Shown here piece after piece: positions 16,745 through 25,631 of a DNA stretch of 40,748 bases. The notes under the pieces are model-generated. The model saw only the letters and a program-made list of their open reading frames with translations. It was not told the origin of the DNA and ran no database searches. Origin of the DNA: Candidatus Wildermuthbacteria bacterium (lineage in GTDB: Bacteria; Patescibacteriota; Minisyncoccia; Minisyncoccales; UBA10102); the NCBI GenBank assembly GCA_016181405.1, contig JACOZJ010000003.1, forward strand, positions 1-40,748. The letters run 5' to 3'. The translations under genes and the position numbers were made by a program. Numbering within the stretch: the first letter of the stretch is position 1; the number at the start of each line of letters is the position of its first letter.

Positions 16745-17658
16745 CAGCGTTTCTTGAAAAATACCACCAACAGCGTGAGGGCAATGAACAGCACCGCAGA
16801 TACAATGATATAGAACGCGACGGGTGACTCGCCAAACGGAAGGCGCACATTCATGCTGTAGAAAGCGGTAATAGTGATCGGAATGGTTAAGATAACAGTT
16901 AGAGAGGTGAGAAATTTAATAACCCTGCTTAGTTCGTTGGTTAAAATGGCCGAGTACCCCTCCCGTATGTTTCCAATACTTTTCATATTGGATTGGCAGA
17001 GTTCCACCAACTGATGATTGGAAAGTACAAGATCTTGCACCAGTTCATGATCTTGCTCATAGAGCTGAAGAAATTTTCCGGACAAAAGATTGCTCAAAGA
17101 GGTGTTCATAGGAATTAAGGCGGCAAGAAAGTCGTTCAGAGAGCTTTCAAACACGACAAATTGTTTTACCTCTTTGTTGCCGATGCTTTCCAAGCGCACC
17201 GTAATGCTGCGGACTTTTCTGGCAATGTCGTTGACGAAGAAAGCGTAAAGATTGTTTATTTCAGAAAACAGCTGCAGGAAAAACTTGGTTTTTTGCGTAG
17301 TGTAGAATTCTATTTTTTCCTCTTGGAATTTTGCAAGAAATGGCAAGGGGGATCGGGAAACGGTTAAAACAAAGTCTCCCCCTATAGCAATCAACAAAGG
17401 AGTGGTGGTTGTTTGCAGGGTTTCTGCATGAGGGACTCGGGTGAAAACGTATGTTACTTCCTTGTCGCGTTCTACGCGGGGGACTTCATAGGGATCTATG
17501 GAGTCTCCCAGTAAATCTCGACTCAAAGATAAGTTGCGCGCCAAAGAATCCAGTTCGTCTTGAGTAGGATTCTCCGCATAAATCCAAGAGCCAACTTTAA
17601 AATCGGCAAGCTCAACAAGGCGATGTTCCCGCACTGCCTTATAGTAGATTTTGATCAT
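16738..17658 (-). CDS. corA: CorA-family Mg2+/divalent cation transporter
   Basis: WIYAENPT, two C-terminal TM helices, FYSMNV.LPF (GMN signature appears as SMN). Confidence 0.88.
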   Translation of the reverse strand: MIKIYYKAVREHRLVELADFKVGSWIYAENPTQDELDSLARNLSLSRDLLGDSIDPYEVPRVERDKEVTYVFTRVPHAETLQTTTTPLLIAIGGDFVLTVSRSPLPFLAKFQEEKIEFYTTQKTKFFLQLFSEINNLYAFFVNDIARKVRSITVRLESIGNKEVKQFVVFESSLNDFLAALIPMNTSLSNLLSGKFLQLYEQDHELVQDLVLSNHQLVELCQSNMKSIGNIREGYSAILTNELSRVIKFLTSLTVILTIPITITAFYSMNVRLPFGESPVAFYIIVSAVLFIALTLLVVFFKKRWL

Positions 17659-17669
17659 AATTTCAGCTG

Positions 17670-17740
17670 TCGGGCCAGGCGGAATCGGACCGCCGTCATA
17701 CCCACCCCAAGGGTACGTACTACCATTATACTATGGCCCG
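17670..17740 (-). tRNA. tRNA-Pro(GGG), CCA not encoded
   Basis: Cloverleaf: acceptor CGGGCCA/TGGCCCG, anticodon arm TACCC-TTGGGGT-GGGTA, T arm GGCGG-TCCGATT-CCGCC. Confidence 0.93.
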
Positions 17741-17855
17741 ATGTTTAAATTGCAATGAAGCGTGTATGGATTTTAGCCCTGGGCGATTTTTTACGGCTTC
17801 GCAGAGCTTCGCCTAAATCGCCCGCGAAACTCAAGCAGTTGAGTTTCGCCCCCTC

Positions 17856-17899
17856 GGGTACGTACTACCATTATACTATCGATGTTTAGATTGCAATGA
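17856..17899 (-). repeat. Degenerate duplicate of the tRNA-Pro 5' half plus its upstream flank
   Basis: Direct repeat of 17711-17758 with a 4-nt deletion and one substitution. Confidence 0.88.
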
Positions 17900-17914
17900 C
17901 TGGAAGTATTACCC

Positions 17915-17943
17915 ATTGTAGGAAAAAATTCTTTGTTCTGCAA
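17915..17943 (-). promoter_or_regulatory. Sigma70-type promoter for tRNA-Pro/corA
   Basis: Minus-strand TTGCAG-N17-TACAAT. Confidence 0.6.
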
Positions 17944-18025
17944 CCTCACATTTGTTTGAGGAAACTAAAAATTCCCCCTGTGGGAAATTTTCGTGCTTGC
18001 GCCCCAGTTTAGATTAAGCCAAAAC

Positions 18026-18214
18026 CTATGCTGCTTTTGCGGCGGCCTTCATGCATTTGGTGCAGGCTTTAATGCGCCCGCCGCCGGGCAGAGCCATCCA
18101 TTGTAGATTTGGTTTCTGTGCGTGTTTAATAGTAGGGTTGTATTTTCCTCGGAGTTTTACTAAGCGCCACGCCATATTTTTTGTTTTTCCGCAAATCGCG
18201 CATGCTTGTGCCAT
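18026..18214 (-). CDS. rpmB: 50S ribosomal protein L28 (Zn-ribbon type)
   Basis: CAICGK...KPNLQW...CTKCMK. Confidence 0.88.
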   Translation of the reverse strand: MAQACAICGKTKNMAWRLVKLRGKYNPTIKHAQKPNLQWMALPGGGRIKACTKCMKAAAKAA

Positions 18215-18311
18215 ATACGCGCACTATAGCAGAAAGCGACGTTTTCCGCAAGTGCACAAGGTTTATAGTTTGGCATTTGTAATTTGAAATTTTCGTGCTA
18301 TGCTTGAATTT

Positions 18312-18932
18312 ATGGAACCTGTTTCGGTTTTGTTTTACTTCGTAATCCTTTTAATGTCTGTGATCCTCCACGAAGTAGCGCACGGGTATATGGCTTTGTC
18401 TTTGGGAGATTCCACGGCAAAACAGGCGGGCCGTCTTACTATCAATCCTATCCCTCATATCGATCCCATCGGATCTGTGGCCGTTCCTCTTCTTTTAGTT
18501 CTTTTTTCAAGCCCTTTTTTGTTTGGCTGGGCAAAGCCGGTGCCGGTGAATCCGTATAACTTTCGCGATAAGAAATATGGGTCTGCCAAGGTGAGCTTTG
18601 CGGGGCCTGCGGCAAATCTGGCAATCGCCCTCGCTTTCGGGTTTTTACTGCGTTTCTTGGGTACGCCCATAGCGGAAGTCTTGCCTGGAATAATCCCTTT
18701 GCTGGTGGGGATTATATATCTCAATATTGTCCTCGCGATTTTCAATCTGTTGCCAATCCCGCCGCTCGACGGCTCGCACATTTTGTTTGATTTTCTGCCG
18801 CGCTCTCTGGATGTCGTGCGGCGATTCCTTATACAGTACGGCCTTTTTATCCTCCTTTTTTTCATATTTTTCCTCTTCCGATTTCTTACTATTCCCATCG
18901 AATGGTTATTCCGCCTCATTGTAGGCTTTTAA
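18312..18932 (+). CDS. Site-2 protease family (M50) membrane metalloprotease
   Basis: HEVAH, AGRLTINPIPHID, FNLLPIPPLDG. Start 18312 follows TGcTATGCT (ORF track start is 18300). Confidence 0.92.
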   Translation: MEPVSVLFYFVILLMSVILHEVAHGYMALSLGDSTAKQAGRLTINPIPHIDPIGSVAVPLLLVLFSSPFLFGWAKPVPVNPYNFRDKKYGSAKVSFAGPAANLAIALAFGFLLRFLGTPIAEVLPGIIPLLVGIIYLNIVLAIFNLLPIPPLDGSHILFDFLPRSLDVVRRFLIQYGLFILLFFIFFLFRFLTIPIEWLFRLIVGF

Positions 18933-18937
18933 CTTTA

Positions 18938-18966
18938 TTGACACGGACTCCATAAATTGATACATT
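18938..18966 (+). promoter_or_regulatory. str operon promoter
   Basis: TTGACA-N17-TACATT with extended TG, 9 nt before the rpsL ATG. Confidence 0.8.
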
Positions 18967-18975
18967 AATCGCGAT

Positions 18976-19392
18976 ATGCCAACAATTCGGCAGTTAATAA
19001 AAAATCCGAGAAAGAAAGCAGTAAAAAAAGACAGAACGCCTGCCTTGACGTTTGGTTTTCGTCCCCAAAGAAACCGCGCGGTGTACTATCCTTCTCCATT
19101 CAAGCGAGGGGTATGTTTGCGCGTATTCACCGTAACTCCCAAAAAGCCAAACTCTGCGCTCCGAAAGGTAGCGAGGGTGCGTTTGTCCAATGGTATGGAG
19201 GTGACCGCGTATATTCCCGGGATAGGACATAAGCTTCAGGAGCACTCAATTGTTCTTATTCGGGGCGGACGTGTAAAGGATTTGCCCGGAGTTCGGTATC
19301 ACATTGTCCGGGGGGTACTGGATGCGGGAGGAGTCGAAAAACGCAAACAGGAACGATCCAAGTACGGAGCAAAACGCGAGAAAAAGGGCTAA
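18976..19392 (+). CDS. rpsL: 30S ribosomal protein S12
   Basis: [28 protein letters not shown]. Confidence 0.99.
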   Translation: MPTIRQLIKNPRKKAVKKDRTPALTFGFRPQRNRAVYYPSPFKRGVCLRVFTVTPKKPNSALRKVARVRLSNGMEVTAYIPGIGHKLQEHSIVLIRGGRVKDLPGVRYHIVRGVLDAGGVEKRKQERSKYGAKREKKG

Positions 19393-19400
19393 CGTAATTT

Positions 19401-19820
19401 ATGGAAGACGCGACAGTTGAAAAATTTATCAACCAGGTGATGGAGCGCGGGAAGAAAACAATAGCGCGGAAAATCGTGTACGGCGCTTTTGATTTGATAA
19501 AAACACAATCAAAAAAAGATCCCGTGGAAGTGTTTCAAAAGGCAATCGGGAACAGCTCGCCTTTGGTGCAGGTGCGTTCGAGGAGAGTAGGGGGAGCTAC
19601 CTATCAGGTGCCTATGGAGGTAAAGCCCGAGAAACAGGTGAGTTTGGCAATGAAGTGGATTTTGGCCGCCGCAAAATCAAAGAAGGGAAAGCCGATGAAA
19701 GTGAAGCTTGCGGACGAATTGCTCGCGGCTTCCAAAAACGAAGGATCCGCGGTGAAAAAGAAAGAAGACATGCACCGTATGGCTGAAGCCAACAGGGCCT
19801 TTGCTCATTTCGCACACTAA
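19401..19820 (+). CDS. rpsG: 30S ribosomal protein S7 (N-terminally short)
   Basis: [25 protein letters not shown]. Confidence 0.98.
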   Translation: MEDATVEKFINQVMERGKKTIARKIVYGAFDLIKTQSKKDPVEVFQKAIGNSSPLVQVRSRRVGGATYQVPMEVKPEKQVSLAMKWILAAAKSKKGKPMKVKLADELLAASKNEGSAVKKKEDMHRMAEANRAFAHFAH

Positions 19821-19822
19821 AT

Positions 19823-21898
19823 ATGCCCCGGCAGTATCCAATAGAGAAGTACCGGAATATTGGCATTATCGCGCATATTGATGCCGGAAAGACTACGAGT
19901 ACCGAGCGTGTTTTGTTTTATACAGGAATTTCCCATAAAATAGGCGAGGTGCACGAGGGGACTACCGTTATGGATTGGATGGTTCAAGAGAGAGAGCGGG
20001 GTATTACTATTACTTCTGCTGCTACCACGTGTTTTTGGGGGGACCACCGGATTAACATTATCGACACACCTGGGCACATTGACTTTACGGCAGAGGTACA
20101 GCGTTCTTTGCGAGTGCTCGATGGCGCGGTCGTAATCTTCGACGGCGTAGCCGGCGTGGAGCCCCAGTCTGAAACCGTATGGCGCCAGGCAGATAAATTT
20201 CTCGTACCGCGCATTTGTTTTATTAATAAGATTGACCGGATGGGTGCGTCGTTTGAAAAAAGCTTAGGTTCTATTTGGAAAAAACTTACCAAGGATGCGG
20301 TTGCGCTTCAAATTCCCATTGGCGAGGAGGGTGAACTTAAAGGGGTCATCGACCTGCTGGAGATGAAAGCTGTGTATTTTGATGGTGACTTCGGCCAGAT
20401 TGTCCGAAAAGAAGAAATTCCCGCAGAACTGCAAGAGCGCGCGAAAGAGTGGCGCGACAAGGCGTTGGAAAAAATCGCCGCGGAAGATGAGGCCTTAATG
20501 GAGAAATATGTCGGCGGGGAAGAGCTTGCCGTGGAGGATTTGAAAAAAGTTCTTCGAAAGGCAACGCTTGCCAACAAGTTAGTGCCAGTATTTACCGGTT
20601 CTGCTTTAAAGAATATGGGAGTACAGCCGGTCCTCGACGGAGTAGTTGATTATTTGCCAAGCCCGGCTGACGTTCCGGCTATTGAAGGCACAGATCCAAA
20701 GACCGGAGAGAAGATTTCTAGGAAGCCTTTGGATTCAGAACTGTTTTCTGCGCTTGCGTTTAAGGTGGCGTCCGACCCATATGTGGGTACATTAACGTAT
20801 TTTCGCGTGTATTCGGGCACTTTGAAGAAAGGTTCTTATGTACTCAATACCACGACCGGTGAGAAAGAACGCATCAGCCGGATTTTACGCATGCATGCGG
20901 CCGAACGCGAAGAGGTAGATGAGCTGTATGCGGGAGATATTGCAGCTACGGTGGGGTTGAAGAATACGAGCACGGGGCATACTTTGAGCGCGGAATCCGC
21001 ACCCATTGTGTTGGAAAAGATTTCATTCCCCGAACCCGTAATCTCTATTCGCATCGAACCCAAAACCAAACCCGATCAGGAAAAAATGGGTTTGGCTTTG
21101 CACCGACTGGCAGAAGAAGATCCTACGTTTCGCGTGAACTCGGATTTGGAAACGGGAGAGACTATAATCTCGGGCATGGGAGAATTGCATTTGGAAATTA
21201 TTGTTGACCGCATGAAACGAGAGTTTGGCGTGGGAGCTGCCGTGGGGCGTCCGCAAGTGGCGTATAAGGAAACAATTAGAGCCAAGGCAGAAGCCGAAAC
21301 CAAATATGTGCGCCAATCGGGCGGTCGCGGACAATATGGCCATGTGCTTTTGCGCGTGGAACCCAAGGGAGAGGGAGAGGGTTTTGAGTTCATCGATGCG
21401 ATCAAAGGAGCCGCGATCCCCAGAGAGTACATTCCGGCTGTGCAGAAAGGCGTTCAGGAGGCAATGGATAAAGGTGTTTTGGCCGGCTATCCCGTGGTTG
21501 ATGTCAAAGCTACGCTATACGACGGTTCGTACCACGAGGTGGATTCTTCTGAATTTGCGTTTAAGATTGCTGCCTCTATGGCTTTTCAGGATGCTGCCAA
21601 AAAGGCGAATTTAGTGCTTTTGGAACCTGTGATGCACTTGGAGGTGACTTGCCCCGCTGACTTTCTCGGAGATGTTATCGGCGATCTTTCTTCAAGGCGC
21701 GGGCGTATCGAGGAGACAGAAGACAGAATTGATCTAAAAGTTATTAAAGCGAAAGTTCCTTTGAGTGAAATGTTCGGATATGCAACCAATCTTCGTTCCT
21801 TGACGGAAGGGCGGGGAACCTTTACTATGGAGTTTGAACGATATGAAGAAGTGCCTGCGAATATTACGCAGGAGGTTATTGAGGGTAAGCGAAGATAG
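19823..21898 (+). CDS. fusA: Elongation factor G
   Basis: [32 protein letters not shown]. Confidence 0.99.
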   Translation: MPRQYPIEKYRNIGIIAHIDAGKTTSTERVLFYTGISHKIGEVHEGTTVMDWMVQERERGITITSAATTCFWGDHRINIIDTPGHIDFTAEVQRSLRVLDGAVVIFDGVAGVEPQSETVWRQADKFLVPRICFINKIDRMGASFEKSLGSIWKKLTKDAVALQIPIGEEGELKGVIDLLEMKAVYFDGDFGQIVRKEEIPAELQERAKEWRDKALEKIAAEDEALMEKYVGGEELAVEDLKKVLRKATLANKLVPVFTGSALKNMGVQPVLDGVVDYLPSPADVPAIEGTDPKTGEKISRKPLDSELFSALAFKVASDPYVGTLTYFRVYSGTLKKGSYVLNTTTGEKERISRILRMHAAEREEVDELYAGDIAATVGLKNTSTGHTLSAESAPIVLEKISFPEPVISIRIEPKTKPDQEKMGLALHRLAEEDPTFRVNSDLETGETIISGMGELHLEIIVDRMKREFGVGAAVGRPQVAYKETIRAKAEAETKYVRQSGGRGQYGHVLLRVEPKGEGEGFEFIDAIKGAAIPREYIPAVQKGVQEAMDKGVLAGYPVVDVKATLYDGSYHEVDSSEFAFKIAASMAFQDAAKKANLVLLEPVMHLEVTCPADFLGDVIGDLSSRRGRIEETEDRIDLKVIKAKVPLSEMFGYATNLRSLTEGRGTFTMEFERYEEVPANITQEVIEGKRR

Positions 21899-21901
21899 CC
21901 T

Positions 21902-22159
21902 ATGGATTTAAACGAAATCAAGGAGATTATAAAAAGGGAGGGGGGTAAAATAGTCATCGTGGAGAATAACAAACCCCAGATGGTGATTATGTCTTTTGAT
22001 GAATGGCGGCGCGCCCCACGGCCCGAACCGAGTTCAAGCCAGAGCGTGCCACAGGAAGAAAGGGCTCCTTCTGTACAGGCAGGACAAGCTTTGCGCCCGA
22101 CTCCTCCGCGAGTAGAGGAAAAGACAGAAGAGCTTACCATTGACGATTTGCCACTTTGA
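21902..22159 (+). CDS. Small protein with Phd/YefM-like N-terminus
   Basis: KIVIVENNKPQMVIMSFDEW resembles the Phd DNA-binding segment; disordered middle; ends LTIDDLPL. Confidence 0.65.
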   Translation: MDLNEIKEIIKREGGKIVIVENNKPQMVIMSFDEWRRAPRPEPSSSQSVPQEERAPSVQAGQALRPTPPRVEEKTEELTIDDLPL

Positions 22160-22168
22160 GCGTATACT
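22140..22168 (+). promoter_or_regulatory. Internal tuf promoter
   Basis: TTGACG-N17-TATACT overlapping the end of the upstream ORF. Confidence 0.75.
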
Positions 22169-22204
22169 GATTTCAATAACTAAAACTAATTAAAAAACAT
22201 TTCT

Positions 22205-23398
22205 ATGGCCGGGAAATTTGAGCGAACAAAACCCCACGTCAATGTCGGCACCATTGGCCACGTTGATCACGGGAAAACCACGTTGTCTGCGGCAATCCTT
22301 CATGTGCTAAAGCTTAAAGGATTTGCTGCAACCGAAAAGAGCGTAGACCAAATTGATTCTGCGCCCGAAGAGAAGCAGAGGGGTATTACTATTTCGCTTA
22401 CTCATTTGGAGTACGAAACGGAAAAGCGCCACTACGCGCACATTGACGCGCCAGGTCACGCAGACTACATTAAAAATATGATTACGGGAGCCGCTCAAAT
22501 GGACGGGGCGATCTTGGTGGTTTCCGCTCCTGATGGGCCTATGCCCCAAACGAGAGAGCATATTCTGCTTGCTCGTCAGGTTGGCTTGCCTTATGTTGTA
22601 GCATTTTTGAACAAAGTTGATATGGTGGATGATCCGGAAATCATTGATCTTGTGGAATCGGAAATACGGGAGTTGCTGAACAAATACAATTTCCCCGGCG
22701 ATACGGTACCCATTATTCGCGGTTCTGCCTTAAAAGCGTTGGACGCTAAGTCTGCGGACGACGAAGTCGCAAAACCAATTTTGGACTTGATGAAGGCAGT
22801 GGATGAAAATGTTCCAGAGCCGGTGCGCGAAATCGACAAGCCATTCTTAATGGCGGTGGAGGACGTATTCTCCATTGAAGGGCGGGGAACAGTTGCAACA
22901 GGAAGAATTGAAAGAGGAGTCATTCGTCCAAATGACGAGATTGAAATTGTGGGCATTAAGCCTACCGCAAAGACGGTGGCTGTAAGCGCGGAAATGTTCA
23001 ATAAGATGCTGGATGAAGGAAGGGCGGGCGACAATGTGGGGATCTTGCTTCGCGGACTGAAAAAAGAGGACGTTGAGCGTGGACAAGTATTGGCAAAACC
23101 GGGTTCGGTTACGCCCCATACTGAATTTGACGCGGAAGTATATATCTTGACTAAAGAGGAGGGCGGACGGCATACGCCGTTCTTTAAAGGATACAAACCC
23201 CAGTTTTATTTCCGAACGACCGATGTGACAGGAGAGGTTGAATTGCCCGAAGGGACCGAGATGGTAATGCCCGGTGATACCATCACCTTTAAAGTAAAAC
23301 TTTTAGTACCAATTGCGATGGAAGCGCAACAGCGATTCGCAATCCGTGAAGGAGGGAAGACAGTTGGTGCGGGCGTAGTAACGAAGATTATACAGTAG
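22205..23398 (+). CDS. tuf: Elongation factor Tu
   Basis: [42 protein letters not shown]. Confidence 0.99.
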   Translation: MAGKFERTKPHVNVGTIGHVDHGKTTLSAAILHVLKLKGFAATEKSVDQIDSAPEEKQRGITISLTHLEYETEKRHYAHIDAPGHADYIKNMITGAAQMDGAILVVSAPDGPMPQTREHILLARQVGLPYVVAFLNKVDMVDDPEIIDLVESEIRELLNKYNFPGDTVPIIRGSALKALDAKSADDEVAKPILDLMKAVDENVPEPVREIDKPFLMAVEDVFSIEGRGTVATGRIERGVIRPNDEIEIVGIKPTAKTVAVSAEMFNKMLDEGRAGDNVGILLRGLKKEDVERGQVLAKPGSVTPHTEFDAEVYILTKEEGGRHTPFFKGYKPQFYFRTTDVTGEVELPEGTEMVMPGDTITFKVKLLVPIAMEAQQRFAIREGGKTVGAGVVTKIIQ

Positions 23399-23406
23399 TG
23401 AATATC

Positions 23407-23436
23407 ACGAAATCCCGTTGATCGGGATTTCGTTTT
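23407..23436 (+). terminator. Hairpin/terminator after tuf
   Basis: acgaaatcccg-ttgat-cgggatttcgt followed by ttt. Confidence 0.75.
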
Positions 23437-23463
23437 GTACCCAAGGGGAACTTCAAAAAGACA

Positions 23464-23856
23464 ATGGCAAAATCGACAGTCCGCCAGCCCGCTTCGCAGC
23501 CAGCCTCGCCAAGGCTAGGCGGGCGAGGCACGCCGGCGGGGGAAAAAGGAACACAGCAGAAGCTGAGGATTAAGATTTCCGCGTATGACCACAAGGTCAT
23601 CGATGCTTCCTGCAAGCAGATTATTGATACAGTGCTCAGACAAGGGTGTGAGTTGGTAGGTCCTGTGCCTCTCCCAACCGCCATCCGGAAGTATACGGTA
23701 AACCGGTCTTCATTTGTGCATAAAGACGCGCGAGAGCAGTATGAAATGCGGACACACAAGCGGTTAATAGACATTTTGAGCCCGAATCCGAAAGTTATCG
23801 ATGCTCTCACAAGCTTGAATTTGCCAGCGGGGGTAGACATCGAGATTAAAATGTGA
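23464..23856 (+). CDS. rpsJ: 30S ribosomal protein S10 with N-terminal extension
   Basis: KLRIKISAYDHK, GPVPLPT, REQYEMRTHKRLIDI. Confidence 0.98.
   Translation: MAKSTVRQPASQPASPRLGGRGTPAGEKGTQQKLRIKISAYDHKVIDASCKQIIDTVLRQGCELVGPVPLPTAIRKYTVNRSSFVHKDAREQYEMRTHKRLIDILSPNPKVIDALTSLNLPAGVDIEIKM
23481..23540 (+). repeat. Nested palindromic elements in the rpsJ 5' region
   Basis: ccgccag[cccgcttcgcag[ccagcctcgccaaggctaggcggg]cgaggcacg]ccggcggg. Confidence 0.7.
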
Positions 23857-23891
23857 TATATAACAAGCAAATGATTTTTTGCTTTATCAAC

Positions 23892-23954
23892 GCCTAAAAT
23901 CTAAGGTACTAACCTGAAAGCGGGCCGCAAGCCGGGGGTTAGACCCCCGGTTTT
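23892..23954 (+). promoter_or_regulatory. Candidate attenuator/r-leader before rplC
   Basis: Terminator ccgggggt-tag-acccccgg-tttt (23932-23954) is mutually exclusive with ctaacct(23909-15)/gggttag(23936-42). Confidence 0.55.
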
Positions 23955-23964
23955 GTGTGAAGTT

Positions 23965-24555
23965 ATGAAAGCGATATTAGGTAAAAAAATTGGAATGACG
24001 CAGATATTCCAGAACGAAAAGGTAGTTCCCATTACCTTAGTTCAGGCTGGGCCTTGTAAGATTACGCAAGTGAAAACGCAAGAGAAAGATGGGTATGACG
24101 CAATTCAGGTGGGATTTGAGGAAATAACCAAGAAAAAGAAGCTTACAAAATCCAAGAAACAAAAGCCATTTGTTTCTATACGTGAGTTTCGCGGAGGAGA
24201 CGGAAAAAGTGAGGCAGGAAATATGGTTGATGTTTCAGTATTCCAGGAAGGCGATATAGTGCGTGTTGCGGGAATCTCAAAGGGAAAAGGGTTTCAGGGT
24301 GCCGTGAAACGACACGGATTTTCAGGCAGAAATCAGTCGCATGGTGTGAAGCACGAACATCGAACACTTGGGTCTACAGGAATGCGTTTTCCGCAACGGG
24401 TGATCAAGGGCAGGAGGATGCCGGGACGCATGGGTTCAGAACGGGTGACAGTGAAGAACTTAAAAATCGCGAGGGTGGATAAAGAGAACAATATACTAGC
24501 GATACAGGGAGCGGTTCCCGGACGTCCGGGTACGCTGCTCGAAATCCGCGGATAA
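23965..24555 (+). CDS. rplC: 50S ribosomal protein L3
   Basis: ILGKKIGMTQIF, SKGKGFQGAVKRHGF. Confidence 0.98.
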   Translation: MKAILGKKIGMTQIFQNEKVVPITLVQAGPCKITQVKTQEKDGYDAIQVGFEEITKKKKLTKSKKQKPFVSIREFRGGDGKSEAGNMVDVSVFQEGDIVRVAGISKGKGFQGAVKRHGFSGRNQSHGVKHEHRTLGSTGMRFPQRVIKGRRMPGRMGSERVTVKNLKIARVDKENNILAIQGAVPGRPGTLLEIRG

Positions 24556-24565
24556 CGATATACGT

Positions 24566-25201
24566 ATGAGTATCAGCGTGAAAACATACAACAGCGAAGG
24601 TAAAGAGGTGGGAACAATGAAGTTGCCCGAGAAGATTTTTGGTGTTGAGCTGAATTCTGATTTGGTGCATCGCGTGATGGTGTTGCAACAGGCAAACCGG
24701 CGCCAGATTTTAGCTGATACCAAAGGGCGGGGCGAGGTTTCTGGCGGCGGGAGAAAACCCTGGGCTCAAAAGCATACAGGGAGAGCTCGCCACGGCTCGA
24801 TTCGTTCGCCTATTTGGAAAGGAGGCGGCGTGACACATGGGCCGAGCGCAGAACGCAATTTTGTGAAAAAGATCAATAAGAAAATGCGCAGAAAGGCGCT
24901 TTCCATGGTTCTTTCTGCAAAGGCGAAAGGGGATTTGCTGGTTTTATTGGAAGACTTGAAACTTGAACGCGGCAAAACCAAGGAGCTGGCAGCTCTGCTG
25001 CGAAAGTTGCCCTGCGATAATAAGCGGTTATTGCTGGTTTTGCCCGCAATGAATCAAGAACTTATCCATGCAGGGAATAATCTTGCTTTCGCAAAAACAA
25101 TGCAGGCACGCGAGCTCAATGTATTGGATTTGGTGCAGGCAAAGTATTTGGTGATGCCAAAAGATTCTGTGCGAGTAATCGAGGAAACATTTGTGAAGTA
25201 A
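24566..25201 (+). CDS. rplD: 50S ribosomal protein L4
   Basis: TKGRGEVSGGGRKPWAQKHTGRARHGSIRSP. Confidence 0.98.
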   Translation: MSISVKTYNSEGKEVGTMKLPEKIFGVELNSDLVHRVMVLQQANRRQILADTKGRGEVSGGGRKPWAQKHTGRARHGSIRSPIWKGGGVTHGPSAERNFVKKINKKMRRKALSMVLSAKAKGDLLVLLEDLKLERGKTKELAALLRKLPCDNKRLLLVLPAMNQELIHAGNNLAFAKTMQARELNVLDLVQAKYLVMPKDSVRVIEETFVK

Positions 25202-25202
25202 T

Positions 25203-25619
25203 ATGGCTGCTTTAAATATTTTTGAAAAAAAGAAACCCGCCGCAAAGCAGCCGAAGGCTGCTAAACAGGCGGGCCCGCCGCAATCTGGTGGAGGCAGTTT
25301 GGGCGGGAAAACGGAAAAGGGTCAGCCTAGGATGGAAACAGCGGCGATCCAGCATCTTATTAGGCCTCATATTACGGAAAAAGCGACTGATTTGGCCTCA
25401 AAGAATCAGTATGTGTTTGTGGTAGATTCTTCGGCAAGTAAAAGAGAAATTGGAAGGGATGTGGCAAATAAGTATGGCGTAACCGTGCTGAAGACGCGAA
25501 TCGTGAACGTGCATCCAAAGAAAATGCGATTGGGAAGGACGCAGGGGATGAAGAAAGGGTACAAGAAGGCTATAGTACAAATAAAAATGGGAGAAAAAAT
25601 AGAGATTTTGCCAACGTAG
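25203..25619 (+). CDS. rplW: 50S ribosomal protein L23 with N-terminal extension
   Basis: LIRPHITEKA, YVFVVD, KKAIV; operon position. Confidence 0.96.
   Translation: MAALNIFEKKKPAAKQPKAAKQAGPPQSGGGSLGGKTEKGQPRMETAAIQHLIRPHITEKATDLASKNQYVFVVDSSASKREIGRDVANKYGVTVLKTRIVNVHPKKMRLGRTQGMKKGYKKAIVQIKMGEKIEILPT
25236..25307 (+). repeat. Two tandem CCCGCC...GGCGGG palindromes in the rplW 5' extension
   Basis: Units 25236-25273 and 25274-25307; together 72 bp, in frame. Confidence 0.75.
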
Positions 25620-25631
25620 TGTTCAGAAACT

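Noticed and set aside
17711-17899. CRISPR-like repeat-spacer-repeat
   Set aside because: Only two copies, the repeat is tRNA sequence, and there are no cas genes.
22066-22085. Possible degenerate palindrome (ccttctgtacaggcagg) in the fusA-tuf ORF
   Set aside because: Too short and imperfect to distinguish from chance.
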